Positions 1 to 10,910 of a stretch of 64,000 nt of DNA are shown here, in pieces. Position numbers and translations under genes: made by a program. How positions within the stretch are numbered: position 1 is the first letter of the stretch; every line of letters starts with the position of its first letter. The stretch is from contig CAWGED010000005.1 in NCBI GenBank assembly GCA_963821525.1, forward strand, positions 1,184,001-1,248,000, read 5' to 3'. Below the pieces are notes generated by a model. The model was not told the origin of the DNA and did not search any database. It was given only the letters and a program-made list of their open reading frames with translations. The DNA comes from an uncultured Gemmatimonadales bacterium. Lineage in GTDB: Bacteria > Gemmatimonadota > Gemmatimonadetes > Gemmatimonadales > GWC2-71-9.

Positions 1-1626
1 CTTGGTTGCCTGCTCGTAGGCATATGCCATTCTGATCAGGGTTCCTTCCTGCCAAGGCTTGCCAATCAGCGAAAGACCGACCGGCAGGCCGAAGAGGTAT
101 CCGGCCGGAAGGCTGATGCTGGGATAACCGGAGACCGCAGCCGGCGTCGAGCTGGAGCCGAGGAAGTGGTCGCCGTTGACGAGATCAGTAGGCCACGCGG
201 GGTGACCGGTCGGCGCGACGAGGGCATCCAGTTGGTGCTTGGAGAAGAGCGGATCCAGGCCGGAAGAGCGAGACAGCTTCCTGCACTTGCCCAGCGCGTC
301 CTTGTAGGCCTTCTCGGTCAGCGGACCTTTGGCTTCAGCCTGGATCATGGTCTCCTGCCCAAAGAACGGGAGGACCCGAGCCTTCTCCTTCTCGTTGTAG
401 GAAATCACCTCGGCGAGCGTGTGTACGGGGGCATCGGGTCCCAACTTCGCGAGATAGGCGTTGAGGCCCGCCTTGAACTCGTAAAGCAGTACCTCGAATT
501 CGGCAGCGTCGTACTCTCCCGCGTGAGGAAGGTCGCAAGGATCGACGATGGTTGCCCCCTGGCGCGCCATTTCGCGAATCGCCTCCTCGATTACGGTGTC
601 GGTGGCGGTGTGATATCCGAAGAACAGCTTGCGTGGTACCCCGATTCGCGTCCCTTTGAGGCCATCGGACTTTAGAAACCGGGTGTAGTCGGTCCCGGCC
701 TGGCTCGAGCTGGCTGCGGTGGCTCCGTCGGCTGGATCGACGCCGGTCAGAGCGCCGAGAAGTACGGCTGCGTCTGCAACTGATCGGGCGAGTGGGCCAG
801 CGGTGTCCTGGCTCGCGGAAATCGGGATTATCCCACTGCGGCTCACCAACCCCAGGGTCGGCTTGATTCCAACCAGGCCGTTGGCCGAGGCTGGACAGAC
901 AATGGAGCCGTCCGTCTCGGTTCCTACTGCCACCGCGCCGAGATTCGCCGAGATGGCCGCACCGGACCCCGAGCTTGAGCCGCAAGGATTGCGGTCAAGC
1001 ACGTACGGATTGCGGCATTGCCCTCCCCTGCTGCTCCATCCGCTGGTCGAGTGGTTGGAGCGGAAGTTGGCCCACTCGCTCATGTTGGTTTTCCCCAGGA
1101 TCACAGCCCCAGCCGTCCGAAGCCGCTCCACGAGAAACGCGTCCTTCGGAGCATGGGACCCCTCGAGGGCCAGTGAGCCGGCTGTGGTCTGCTGGCTGTC
1201 GCCGGTATCGATGTTGTCCTTGAGGAGCACTGGGATTCCGTGCAGCGGCCCTCGTGACCCGCGGTCCTTTCGTTCCCGGTCCAGCGCGTCCGCGATGTCG
1301 AGCGCCTCTTTGTTCGTTTCCAGGAGCGAACCGAGATTCGGCCCCTTGCGGTCTACCGCTTCAATCCGCCCGAGATAGGCCTCCGCAATGCTTCTGGAGG
1401 TCCATTTCCCACTCTCCATCCCCTCTTGTAGTTGTTTAACTGAGACCTCCTCAAGCTCGAATCCATCAGGACTTAGCCGAGGTCTGTCCTCCTGAGGTGA
1501 CGCATGAAGGGGGGCGGGCACGGAATTGGCTAACGAGGTAATGCTGACCCCGATTGCGGCCCGCACGAAAGTGCGCCTGGACAACGGATTTCCAGCGGCC
1601 GACTCGGCGATGGGCAGAGCAGTCAT
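1..1626 (-). CDS. Amidase signature family protein with probable Tat signal peptide (3' end runs off the window)
   Basis: Manual translation from ATG 1626: MTALPIAESAAGNPLSRRTFVRAAIG (twin-Arg), then LKDNID, PCGSSSGSG, GTETDGSI, and ...RMAYAYEQATK at the window edge. Absent from the ORF track because it has no stop in the window. Confidence 0.9.
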   Translation of the reverse strand, partial: MTALPIAESAAGNPLSRRTFVRAAIGVSITSLANSVPAPLHASPQEDRPRLSPDGFELEEVSVKQLQEGMESGKWTSRSIAEAYLGRIEAVDRKGPNLGSLLETNKEALDIADALDRERKDRGSRGPLHGIPVLLKDNIDTGDSQQTTAGSLALEGSHAPKDAFLVERLRTAGAVILGKTNMSEWANFRSNHSTSGWSSRGGQCRNPYVLDRNPCGSSSGSGAAISANLGAVAVGTETDGSIVCPASANGLVGIKPTLGLVSRSGIIPISASQDTAGPLARSVADAAVLLGALTGVDPADGATAASSSQAGTDYTRFLKSDGLKGTRIGVPRKLFFGYHTATDTVIEEAIREMARQGATIVDPCDLPHAGEYDAAEFEVLLYEFKAGLNAYLAKLGPDAPVHTLAEVISYNEKEKARVLPFFGQETMIQAEAKGPLTEKAYKDALGKCRKLSRSSGLDPLFSKHQLDALVAPTGHPAWPTDLVNGDHFLGSSSTPAAVSGYPSISLPAGYLFGLPVGLSLIGKPWQEGTLIRMAYAYEQATK

Positions 1627-1725
1627 GAGATCCCCGGGTAGTGATGCGTTCCGATGTGGCGGTGGATGGGACGACAGGGAAAGTGGAACGTATTCAGGGT
1701 TCAGACCCACGAAACCGGCGGCGAA

Positions 1726-2959
1726 ATGTACCGAATACGGTTAGCCTCAGGCGAACAAGCCGTCTTCAGGACCGTTGAGGAACTGACGCTCGCGGTGCAG
1801 TCGGGCGTCGTTGGGCCCACGGCCGAAGTCTACCTTCCAGACGCCAATCGCTGGATGCAGATGGAATCGCACCCGGACTTTCAGGCCGCACGGGTCAAGC
1901 CGGCGTCCGCCGAAAGCCTGGCTGAGAGTCCATCTCTCCCACAGCCCGTTACTCAACCGCCAGTAAGCCTGGCCCCGATTCCGCTGGCAGAGACGACTCC
2001 GCCACCGAGTCCAGCGCCAGCACCGACCCAACTCTCCGCGCCGAGCAGTCCAACTGTTCCGGTGGGGCCGCCCCAACCAGCCTCCACAGAGGCCCCCGAG
2101 GCTGGGTCGACGGCAACGCCCCAAGCCCCGCCGGCTCTGCCCCCAAGCGTGTTCATGACCCGCGCACGCAAGCTCCGCGAGATGCTCGCGATGCATCTGG
2201 GGCTGCTTCTCGTGATCGGCGCCAGCGTTCTGCTCACGATCTATCTGGCCGGGAACGGCAAGCGGTTGTTCGCGGCGGCGCATGAAGGGATGACGCCTCC
2301 CGCGAGTGCTAGACCTGCATCCGCGCCAGCTCCGGCGCCCGTTGCTCCGGTTGAGGAGGCTTCTGCGGATAGCGCAGCGGCCGAACTCGAAAGAGCCGGG
2401 ATCCCCAAGCGTGACACGCCAAGACGGGAGCGGGAAACGCTTGCCGCCGCGCCCACGCTCGATTCCTACGAGACTGGTTACGCCGATGCGCGGGATGAGC
2501 TGGAAGACGCTCTGGACTATATCCGCTTCGACCACGTCTTCGCCCCGGTCCGCTTGAAAAGCGCGGAGGCGGTCCGGATCACCCGTCGGTCCATCGCCGC
2601 GGCTGGCAACATCGTCATGACCTACCGGGCGCGAGAGGTCATGCTGGAACAAACGGTTGGGGCGACTCGTTCCGCCACCCGGTCTCAGCGGGAGAGTTAT
2701 CAGGCAGGAGCGGCCGTGCGGGACATGCTGGAAGACAGTGACAGCCTTTACGCACTGCTGATGTCTCAAGCGGTATTCGCTGGAGGAAGGCTCGATCTCC
2801 TTTACCAACCCCACCGCCGCCACGATATGGAACCGGGTTCGGGGCCGTCTCATCGGTACGGCTCAGGCATGGCGCGACTCGACCGGCACCGCCGCCGCGG
2901 TGACCGTGCCTCACATGGTCCACGCCCTCACCGACCCGCCTCCCCCGCTCGCCAAATAG
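1726..2959 (+). CDS. Membrane-anchored hypothetical protein: GYF-like N-terminal domain, Pro-rich linker, TM helix, C-terminal helical domain (frameshift near 2770)
   Basis: Starts MYRIRLASGEQAVFRTVEEL...W...HPDF; TM LGLLLVIGASVLLTIYLA. After a frame change it continues RYSLEEGSISFTNPTAA...PPPPLAK* (TAG 2957-2959), which aligns with the downstream paralog. Confidence 0.7.
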
Positions 2960-3046
2960 CGACATTTCCAGCGCCTCGACCCCCACGGGTTATGGCGCTA
3001 TACTCAAGGGCAGAGAGAGGTTACCCGCTATTGCCCTTGGGACCGC

Positions 3047-4316
3047 ATGTATCGTATCCGCCTCGCTACTGGCGAAGAAGCCGTCTACCGCTCGATTGAG
3101 GAGCTTTCCGTCGGCATTGCCAGTGGCGTCATAGCTGCGGACGCCGAGATCTACCACAAGCAATCCCATAGCTGGTTACCCATCCGGACCCATCCGGACT
3201 ATCAGGCTGCCCTCGAGCAACCCCCCATAGCGCTAGAGGAGCCGGACGCGACGCAGGAGAGCTCCAGCACGCCTCCCGAAGAGTCGTCAGAACCGCGAGC
3301 TGGTCACCTCCTCGGAAGGAGGTCTCTCCGCAGCTCCCGAGCGGGACAGCTCATCGGAAGAGGCCTTCCTGGAAGAACTTCCTCTCGAACTTGGTCTGGT
3401 GCTGCCGGGTCCGGTTCTCCAGATGGAATCTCGAAGCGGGCGAGAGCTTCTGCTTAAGCGGAAGAACCCCACTCCCCTCATGATCGGAATGGGGGGACTC
3501 GCCGCGGCGGCGATAGTGGTGGTCCTGTTCGTCCTCCCCAGGCCCACAACGCCTATTCCCGAGGCGACCAAGCCACCCAACATTGGATCCACTCACCCGG
3601 ATCCGCTTCCCCTGACGCCGATCCCCGCCCCGACGACCGTCGAATCCCTGGCGGCGTCGCCTCCCGATTCGATCCACAGTGCCGGACCCCAGGTTCCAAC
3701 ACCGGAGGAGTTGGCCGCCCGGCGAGACTTGGCCCGTGATCATCAGATCAACGCCCTGGATCAGGGAATCGCCAAGCTGGCGTTCACCCGGCTCTTCACG
3801 TCGTCCAGACTCGCCACGGCCGACAGCGTTCGACTTGTCAGGCACGCGATCGGACCCCTACAAACCATGCTGACCCAGTACCGGGCCTCCGTGGCCCAGA
3901 TCGACATCACCTACCAGGACTCGGCGGAGCGGCTGGGCGCGAGCGGCGTTTGGCCGGTTGGGGCACTGACCAGCTGGAAGGCGAGGGGGCCCGCGAGCGA
4001 GAACAAGGAGGAAGTGGCGCTAAGCGACAGCCTGCTCGGTGCGATCGATCGACTCTTCACGCTGCTCGCGGAGGAAGACGGGAAATACCAGAGCAACGAG
4101 GAGTCCATTTCCTTCAGTGACGCTTCCGCTGCCGCGGACTACGACGGCATTCGGAATCTGATCGAACACCTGACGGCGTTCGACTCAACCGCGACCCCCT
4201 CTCACGCGCCGTTGGCGAGACTGGCCGCCGCGGCGACTCCCCCGCCACCCTTGGTGATTCCGCACGGCCCAAGATCTCCTGTCCATTTTCCTGCCGATAC
4301 GACGCAACCGCACTGA
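3047..4316 (+). CDS. Paralog of the upstream gene with the same architecture (frameshift near 3300-3340)
   Basis: Starts MYRIRLATGEEAVYRSIEEL...W...HPDY; continues in ORF 3399..4316 with TM MGGLAAAAIVVVLFVL and C-terminal KYQSNEESISFSD...PPPPL. Confidence 0.7.
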
Positions 4317-4319
4317 TTC

Positions 4320-5414
4320 TCAAGCGTCGAGCGGCTGAGCCTTGCGTCCTCCTCGCTGCATCGGGCGCTCCAACTCGTCCCGATGCCGGTCCAGAATCTT
4401 CCAGAACTCCACCGCACGCCCTACCAATTCCTGCGCGGCCTCTCGCAAAACCTCACTCTTCTTGACCTGGACCACGTTCTGCTCCATGTCCTCGGCGTCC
4501 CACCCACGCGAGTGGGCGATGAAGGGGAATGGCGGGAAGACGTAGCCCAGTTCGCTCCAGAACGTCATCAGTCCCCCTGCGACCGACTGAATGTTGTCCT
4601 GTCCACCGGTGATGATGAACGCCGCGACCTTGTTCCGGATGAGAACCCGATTGTGGATGGTGACCTGGTTCTGGACGCAGTTGAGCCGTTCGGCCATGCG
4701 GTGATAAAGCGACGAGGCTTGGCCCCAGCGGATCGGGGTACTCAGGATGATCACGTCTCCCCAATTCACGAGACCCTCGTACACCGCGGTGAGCTGGTCG
4801 GAGGGATCCCGTTCGGTGATGGCGCAGGGCCAGGTGCAGGCGTGTGCCGCCTTCGAGTAGTTCCCCTCACAAGCGCGGAAGTTCAGATCGGTGAGCCGGA
4901 GAAACCGGGTTTCCGCTCCCAGGCTCTCCCTCGCATAGTCCGCCGCGGCCTCCAGGAGCGCATCCGAAGTAGAGTAGCGCGGATTCACCTCGTCCATCGC
5001 CGTGGTGGAAAGCGCAAAGACCCGAGGTGGTGACCCGACCGGTTTCGGCGTCGGATGGAGCAGAGGATGCGGTTCGTGCTTGACCAGATGGCGCGGAGTG
5101 GCCGGCGTGGTGTTCAGGTAGATGCCGTCCTCCCGTTCCTCGACCGTGAAGGTCGGGACCGTCTCTTCCTCGTAGCCCGCCGGGCCGCGACCGGTCAGCA
5201 CGCTGTACTCCCACCCGTGCCAGGGACACATCACGAACTCACCGTTCAGGTGGCCATTACACAACGGCCCGCCCTTGTGATTGCAGTTATTGCCGATGGC
5301 ACAGAAGCGGTCCTTATAATAGAACAGAGCGATCTGATGCCGATCGAGCTTCACGGAGAACGGGACCTGCGCCAGCACCTCGGCGCGGGTGCCTAGCCGG
5401 TGCCATGTAGCCAT
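4320..5414 (-). CDS. Rieske [2Fe-2S] domain fused to a flavodoxin-like/NAD(P)H-dependent FMN reductase domain
   Basis: Rieske ligands CNH...CPWH; C-terminal domain with ACEGNYS...CTWPC, STPIRWG and FIITGG. Start placed at MATWHRLG (ATG 5414). Confidence 0.85.
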   Translation of the reverse strand: MATWHRLGTRAEVLAQVPFSVKLDRHQIALFYYKDRFCAIGNNCNHKGGPLCNGHLNGEFVMCPWHGWEYSVLTGRGPAGYEEETVPTFTVEEREDGIYLNTTPATPRHLVKHEPHPLLHPTPKPVGSPPRVFALSTTAMDEVNPRYSTSDALLEAAADYARESLGAETRFLRLTDLNFRACEGNYSKAAHACTWPCAITERDPSDQLTAVYEGLVNWGDVIILSTPIRWGQASSLYHRMAERLNCVQNQVTIHNRVLIRNKVAAFIITGGQDNIQSVAGGLMTFWSELGYVFPPFPFIAHSRGWDAEDMEQNVVQVKKSEVLREAAQELVGRAVEFWKILDRHRDELERPMQRGGRKAQPLDA

Positions 5415-5535
5415 GTTGGCCCTCGAGCTGGTTCGGTGGATTTCTTCGTCTGCAGAAATGGCGCAACCGGGGAGAAAGAACAAGACCCCCCGGGAACGAG
5501 GAGGGTCTGGGAAAACGGAGGCTAAAGGAGCGCGG

Positions 5536-6774
5536 TTACTCTTCGAATCTCCGGACTGCGAGAGTCACGTTGTGCCCGCCGAAGCCGAAGGAGTTGGACA
5601 GTGCCACCCGGATCGGACGCTCGATCATCTTGTTGGGCGCCGAGAACAGATCGCATTCGAGATCCGGCGTGACCTGATTGATGGTCGGCGGAATCTTGCA
5701 GGTCGAGGCGACGAGCGTGGAGACGCAGAACTCGAGGCCGCCCGCAGCACCAAGCAAGTGTCCGGTCATCGACTTCGTGGAGTTGAACACCAGCTTGCGC
5801 GCGTGATCGCCGAAGACCGCCTTCACCGCCCGGGTTTCGGCGACATCTCCCTGCTGAGTCGAGGTACCATGGGCATTGATGTAGTCAACCTCGGCCGGAT
5901 CAATGAGTCCGTCCTTGAGGCACATCCTCATCGCCAGTTGGGCACCTTCCCCATTGTCCGGCGGTGACGTGATGTGGTGGGCGTCTCCGCTCATGCCGTA
6001 GCCGATCACCTCTCCCAGAATGACGGCGCCTCGCGCCTCCGCGTGCTCCAGGGCCTCGAGGACGACCATTCCAGCGCCATCTCCCAGAACAAACCCATCC
6101 CGATCCCCGTCGAAGGGGCGGCTCGCCTTCTCCGGATCGTCATTCCGGGTAGACAGGGCTTTCATGTTGTTGAAGGCGGCGACTGCCAGGCCAGTGATGG
6201 CGGCCTCGGCCCCGCCGCACACCATGGCGTCGGCGATCCCGTCCCGGATGTAGCGGTAGGATTCACCGATCGCATGGGCCGACGACGCACAGGCTGAGAC
6301 AGTCGCGTAGTTGGGGCCCTTCAGGCCGTACCGGATGGAGACGAGGCCCGCGGCGATGTCGGGGATGAACATCGGGACGAAGAAGGGAGAGACCCGATCC
6401 GGTCCCTTCTCGATGAAGGCGCGGCAATTGTCCTCGAAGGTCTGCATCCCTCCGATGCCGCTGCCAATCAGAACTCCGGTGCGTTCGGGCGCGGGGAACT
6501 TGCCTTGGAGACCCGACTGGGCGACCGCCTGCTGCGCGGCGCCGAGGCCGTACTGCACGAACAGGTCGTAGCGCCGGGCTTCCTTGCGGTCCATGTACTG
6601 GGTCGGATCGAACCCTTTGACCTCACAGGCAAACCGGACACCCTGGCGCGCGGCGTCGAACTTGGTGATCGGGGCCGCACCAGACCGGCCGGCTAGAAGG
6701 CCGGCCCAGGATTCCTCGACAGTATTGCCAACCGGAGTCACCAGCCCGAGGCCGGTGACGACGACACGACGCAC
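5536..6774 (-). CDS. fabF: 3-oxoacyl-ACP synthase II
   Basis: RRVVVTGLG, SACAS, NAHGTST, GHLLGAAG, NSFGFGG; GTG start at 6774. Confidence 0.97.
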   Translation of the reverse strand: MRRVVVTGLGLVTPVGNTVEESWAGLLAGRSGAAPITKFDAARQGVRFACEVKGFDPTQYMDRKEARRYDLFVQYGLGAAQQAVAQSGLQGKFPAPERTGVLIGSGIGGMQTFEDNCRAFIEKGPDRVSPFFVPMFIPDIAAGLVSIRYGLKGPNYATVSACASSAHAIGESYRYIRDGIADAMVCGGAEAAITGLAVAAFNNMKALSTRNDDPEKASRPFDGDRDGFVLGDGAGMVVLEALEHAEARGAVILGEVIGYGMSGDAHHITSPPDNGEGAQLAMRMCLKDGLIDPAEVDYINAHGTSTQQGDVAETRAVKAVFGDHARKLVFNSTKSMTGHLLGAAGGLEFCVSTLVASTCKIPPTINQVTPDLECDLFSAPNKMIERPIRVALSNSFGFGGHNVTLAVRRFEE

Positions 6775-6778
6775 GCGA

Positions 6779-7018
6779 TTACTTCCCGATCTTCTCGTGG
6801 AGATACTTGAGAGCATCGCCCACGGTGCGCAGCTTCTCCGCTTCTTCGTCCGGGATGTCGATGTCGAATTCCTTCTCGAACGCCATGACCAGCTCGACGG
6901 TGTCGAGGCTGTCCGCGCCGAGATCCTCCATGAAACTGGCCTCGGTAGTCAGCTTCTCCCGTTCGACGCCCAGCTCCTCGACGATGATGTCCTTGACCCT
7001 ATCTTCCACGTTGCTCAT
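6779..7018 (-). CDS. acpP: Acyl carrier protein
   Basis: [14 protein letters not shown] motif. Confidence 0.98.
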   Translation of the reverse strand: MSNVEDRVKDIIVEELGVEREKLTTEASFMEDLGADSLDTVELVMAFEKEFDIDIPDEEAEKLRTVGDALKYLHEKIGK

Positions 7019-7046
7019 GGCGTCCTCTGAAGGGGGGTGGTGTAAT

Positions 7047-7790
7047 TCAGACCGTCATGCCGCCGTCAACTGCCAGGACCTGCCCGGTAATGTACCCGGC
7101 GAGATCGGATGCGAGAAAGAGCACCGCTCCCGCAATGTCTTCAGGGCGTCCGGGCCGGCCAAGGGAGACGCCGCCTAACATCGCGGCCTTGGCCTCGTCG
7201 GGCAAGGCGCTGGTCATGTCCGTCTCGATGAATCCTGGCGCAACCGCATTGACCAGGATGTTGCGGCTGGCGTACTCCCTGGCCACCGATTTGGTGAGCC
7301 CGATGAGTCCCGCCTTGCTGGCCGCGTAGTTGGCCTGTCCCTTGTTGCCCGTAATACCCACAACGCTCGTGATGTTGATGATCCGCCCGCTGCGCCGCTT
7401 CATCATCCCTTTGGTGACCGCCTTGATGGTGAAGTAGGCGCCCTTGAGATTGGCGGCCAGCACCGCATCCCACTCTTCCTCGCTCATGCGGAGGATGAGA
7501 TTATCCCGCGTGAGCCCCGCATTGTTGACCAGGATGTCGATCGGTCCCAGGGCCTTCTCAGTCTCGGCAATGGCGGCCTCGACCTGCGAGCCAACTGTCA
7601 CATCGCAGGCGAATCCCGCGGCACCGTTCCCCAGCTTCGTCGCGACCTCTTCCGCCTTCGCGCGATCCCGCCCTACGATCGCCACCTTGGCGCCAGCCTT
7701 ATGTAGCGCGTGAGCGATGGCGAACCCAATTCCCCGGGTCGAGCCGGTGACGAATGCGGTCTTTCCTGTCAGGTCGATCGTCAAACTCAC
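7047..7790 (-). CDS. fabG: 3-oxoacyl-ACP reductase
   Basis: [17 protein letters not shown]; lies in the fab cluster. Confidence 0.97.
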   Translation of the reverse strand: MSLTIDLTGKTAFVTGSTRGIGFAIAHALHKAGAKVAIVGRDRAKAEEVATKLGNGAAGFACDVTVGSQVEAAIAETEKALGPIDILVNNAGLTRDNLILRMSEEEWDAVLAANLKGAYFTIKAVTKGMMKRRSGRIINITSVVGITGNKGQANYAASKAGLIGLTKSVAREYASRNILVNAVAPGFIETDMTSALPDEAKAAMLGGVSLGRPGRPEDIAGAVLFLASDLAGYITGQVLAVDGGMTV

Positions 7791-8722
7791 GCCTCCTGCA
7801 GGAATTTCTCGACCTCAGCCGCCGTACCCAGAGCCGTCGAGCTGGCACCCGGCACGATTCGCTTGAGCAGACCAGACAGCACGTTCCCCGGCCCGATTTC
7901 GATGAAGCGGGCACCCGGGACGGCTGCTCCTGCGGCCTGCATGCACTCCACCCATCGAACCGGCGCGGTCAGCTGCTCGGCGAGGAGTCGTCTGGCATCG
8001 GTGCCAGTCGTCACCGGACCCGCGGTCGCGTTGGCGAAGATTGGAACCCGCGGCTCCGCGAACGTGACCTGCTCCAGGGCCTGCTGCAGTCCCGGGACCG
8101 CCGGCTTCATCAGCGGTGAGTGAAACGCCCCGCTCACCTTGAGCGGTAAGACCCGCTTGGCTCCCCGGGTCTTGCAAGCCTCTCCCGCCTTCTCCACCGC
8201 TATCGGATCGCCCGAAATGACGGTCTGATCAGGAGCATTCAGGTTCGCGGGTACCGCAACCGCATCTGCGCTCGACGCCTCGCGACAGGCGGCATCAACT
8301 TCGCTTGTAGCGAGGCCGAGCACCGCGCTCATCGCTCCCGGACGCTGGGTGCCGGCCTGGTACATCAGCTCACCCCGGCGGCGCACCAGCCGGGCTCCAT
8401 TCTCCGCGCTGAGTGACCCAGCGGCCACATAGGCGCTGTACTCTCCCAGGCTGTGGCCCGCGGCAGCCTTCAGTGCCGGCGCCAGACGATCGCCAACGAC
8501 GGCCCAGACCGCGGCGGAGTGGGCAAGGATCGCGGGCTGCGCGTTGTGGGTGAGGGTAAGCTCTTCCTCGGGTCCTTCCCACATCAGGCGCGAAAGCGGC
8601 GCTCCCAGCGTGTCATCAATCCGCTGGAAGACGTCGCGCGCGGCCGGGAAGCGCTCTGCCAGATCCTTCCCCATCCCGACCTTCTGCGCGCCCTGCCCGG
8701 GGCAGAGCAGAACGATCACCAC
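7787..8722 (-). CDS. fabD: Malonyl CoA-ACP transacylase
   Basis: PGQGAQ, GHSLGEY, VSGAFHS. Confidence 0.97.
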   Translation of the reverse strand: MVIVLLCPGQGAQKVGMGKDLAERFPAARDVFQRIDDTLGAPLSRLMWEGPEEELTLTHNAQPAILAHSAAVWAVVGDRLAPALKAAAGHSLGEYSAYVAAGSLSAENGARLVRRRGELMYQAGTQRPGAMSAVLGLATSEVDAACREASSADAVAVPANLNAPDQTVISGDPIAVEKAGEACKTRGAKRVLPLKVSGAFHSPLMKPAVPGLQQALEQVTFAEPRVPIFANATAGPVTTGTDARRLLAEQLTAPVRWVECMQAAGAAVPGARFIEIGPGNVLSGLLKRIVPGASSTALGTAAEVEKFLQEA

Positions 8723-9708
8723 CGGATGACCGCGCTGCCCCAGGTGAAACCGGCACCGAAGGCCACCAGCATCACCAGCATACCGGGCTTCAACCGGCCT
8801 TCCTCCTCGGCCTGTGCCAGAGCCAGCGGAATTGAGGCGGAGGAGGTATTGCCGTACCGGTCAACGTTGACCATCACCTTGCTCATCGGCAGTCCTGCGT
8901 GCTTCGCCGTCGCCTCGATGATCCGGATGTTGGCCTGGTGAGGAACCAGCAGATCGAGCTGCTCACCGGTGATCCCAGCGCGAGTAAGAGCCACGTCGCA
9001 GGCCTCGGCCATCTCGGTCACGGCGTGTTTGAAAACCTCGCGTCCGGCCATCTTCATGTAGTGGGACCGTTCCCGCACCACCTTCTCGCTGATCGGGTCA
9101 ACCGTGCCGCCGCCAGGAATGTGGAGCAGCAGTTTGAGCCGGCCGTCGGAGCGGATGAAGGTCGAGAGGATGCCGCGATCGCCGCCGGAGGTGCCCTGCA
9201 CCACCGCGGCTCCCGCCCCGTCGCCAAACAAGATCGCGGTTGAGCGATCCTGCGAATCGGTGATACTGGTGAGCTTCTCGCCGCCGATCACCAGGATCCG
9301 TTCTCCCTGGCCCGTCGCTATCAGTCCCTCCGCGATTGTCAGACCGTAGATGAACCCGGAACAGGCTGCGGCGATGTCGAAGGTGGCGGCTCGCTCGGCT
9401 CCCAACAGAGCCTGAATCTGGCAGGCAGTGGAGGGCAAGGGACTGTCCGGGGTCGCGGTCGCGACGATGATGCCGTCCAACTCGGATGCCGTGGTCCCGG
9501 CTCGGCAAAGCGCCTTCACCGCGGCATCCCTGCCCATGGTGGAAACGGTCTCGTCCGGCCTCGCGAAGCGACGCTCCCGGATCCCGGTGCGCTCCACGAT
9601 CCACTGATCGGAAGTGTCCAGCGTCTTCTCGAAGTCGGCGTTGGTGACGATCCGCTCGGGGATAGCGACGCCGAGTCCGGCGATGTAGGCAATGGGACGC
9701 TGGATCAT
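8716..9708 (-). CDS. fabH: 3-oxoacyl-ACP synthase III
   Basis: AACSGF, PHQAN, GNTSSAS. Confidence 0.97.
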   Translation of the reverse strand: MIQRPIAYIAGLGVAIPERIVTNADFEKTLDTSDQWIVERTGIRERRFARPDETVSTMGRDAAVKALCRAGTTASELDGIIVATATPDSPLPSTACQIQALLGAERAATFDIAAACSGFIYGLTIAEGLIATGQGERILVIGGEKLTSITDSQDRSTAILFGDGAGAAVVQGTSGGDRGILSTFIRSDGRLKLLLHIPGGGTVDPISEKVVRERSHYMKMAGREVFKHAVTEMAEACDVALTRAGITGEQLDLLVPHQANIRIIEATAKHAGLPMSKVMVNVDRYGNTSSASIPLALAQAEEEGRLKPGMLVMLVAFGAGFTWGSAVIRW

Positions 9709-10718
9709 GCGGTGTTGGCCGCTTCCCGCCGCGCGAACTCGACGCCGATCCGACCACTCAGGTCGTGTTCCACGGCCGTGACGGCTACCCGCACGGCGTT
9801 CTTGAACGCGTTGGGACTCGAACTGCCGTGACAGATGATGGAGACACCCTTTACCCCGAGAAGCGGTGCGCCGCCGTATTCCGAATAGTCGAGGTGCCGG
9901 AAGACTTCCCGAATATCCTTCCGTTCCAGAACGTCGGGCGCCTTCTTCCGCACCAGGCTCAGGATGAGCCGGGCGACCGATTCATAGAACTTGAGGACGA
10001 TATTCCCTACAAATCCATCGCAGACGACTACATCGAGCTGGCCCAGCTTGCTGTGTCCCGCGATGATGTCTCGGCCCTCGATATTGCCGATGTAATTCAG
10101 GTTCGGCGCCTGCTTGAGGAGCTGGTGCGCTTCCTTGGCGGTCGCGTTCCCCTTCTCCTCTTCTTCTCCGATGTTAAGCAATCCAACCTTGGGAGACGGT
10201 CGGCCCAGCACGTCGCGGGTGTAGACCGTTCCAAGGTAGGCGAACCCCAGAAGCTCCCGGGAAGTGCAGTCTACATTCGCCCCACCATCAACGACGAGAC
10301 ACGGCACATCTGAAGTCGGGAAGAGCGTCCCGACGGTAGCGCGTTCGACGCCGTCGTGAAGCCCGAGCAGGATGGTGGACGCGGCGAGAACCGCGCCGGT
10401 GTTGCCGGCGGAGATGAACGCGTCGGCCTCACCGACCTTTAACAGGCCGAGGCCGACCGAGATGCTGGATTGGGGCTTCTTGCGGACCGCCGAGAGCGGT
10501 TTCTCGTCCATCGCGATGACGTCGGGGGCGTGACAGACGCCGAGACGGCTCCGGTCTGCCTCCGGGTGTCGGGCGAGCTCGGCCTCAATGACGTCCGCCT
10601 TGCCAACCAGCACGATCCGGAGGGTCGCCGGCAACGTCGTCAGGGCCAGGATCGCCCCTTCGATCTCGGCCTGCGGGGCGTGATCGCCCCCCATGGCGTC
10701 GAGAGCGATGCGAATCAC
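9705..10718 (-). CDS. plsX: Phosphate acyltransferase PlsX
   Basis: IALDAMGGDHAP, SAGNTGA, CDGFVGN. Confidence 0.97.
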   Translation of the reverse strand: MIRIALDAMGGDHAPQAEIEGAILALTTLPATLRIVLVGKADVIEAELARHPEADRSRLGVCHAPDVIAMDEKPLSAVRKKPQSSISVGLGLLKVGEADAFISAGNTGAVLAASTILLGLHDGVERATVGTLFPTSDVPCLVVDGGANVDCTSRELLGFAYLGTVYTRDVLGRPSPKVGLLNIGEEEEKGNATAKEAHQLLKQAPNLNYIGNIEGRDIIAGHSKLGQLDVVVCDGFVGNIVLKFYESVARLILSLVRKKAPDVLERKDIREVFRHLDYSEYGGAPLLGVKGVSIICHGSSSPNAFKNAVRVAVTAVEHDLSGRIGVEFARREAANTA

Positions 10719-10720
10719 CC

Positions 10721-10903
10721 TCAGGCGTCCTCGACCTCGACCATCTTCTTGCCGCGGTAATACCCGCAGGTGCCGCAGACGCGGTGCGGGATTTTGGGCG
10801 AGCCGCAGCGGGGGCAGGCCTGGTGCGCTATCACTGCGGCCTTGTGATGACCGCGACGAAGCCGCTTGCGAGACTTGGAGAGTTTTCGCTTGGGAACAGC
10901 CAT
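10721..10903 (-). CDS. rpmF: 50S ribosomal protein L32 (Zn-ribbon type)
   Basis: MAVPKRK...CPRC...HRVCGTCGYY. Confidence 0.97.
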   Translation of the reverse strand: MAVPKRKLSKSRKRLRRGHHKAAVIAHQACPRCGSPKIPHRVCGTCGYYRGKKMVEVEDA

Positions 10904-10910
10904 CCGATCC

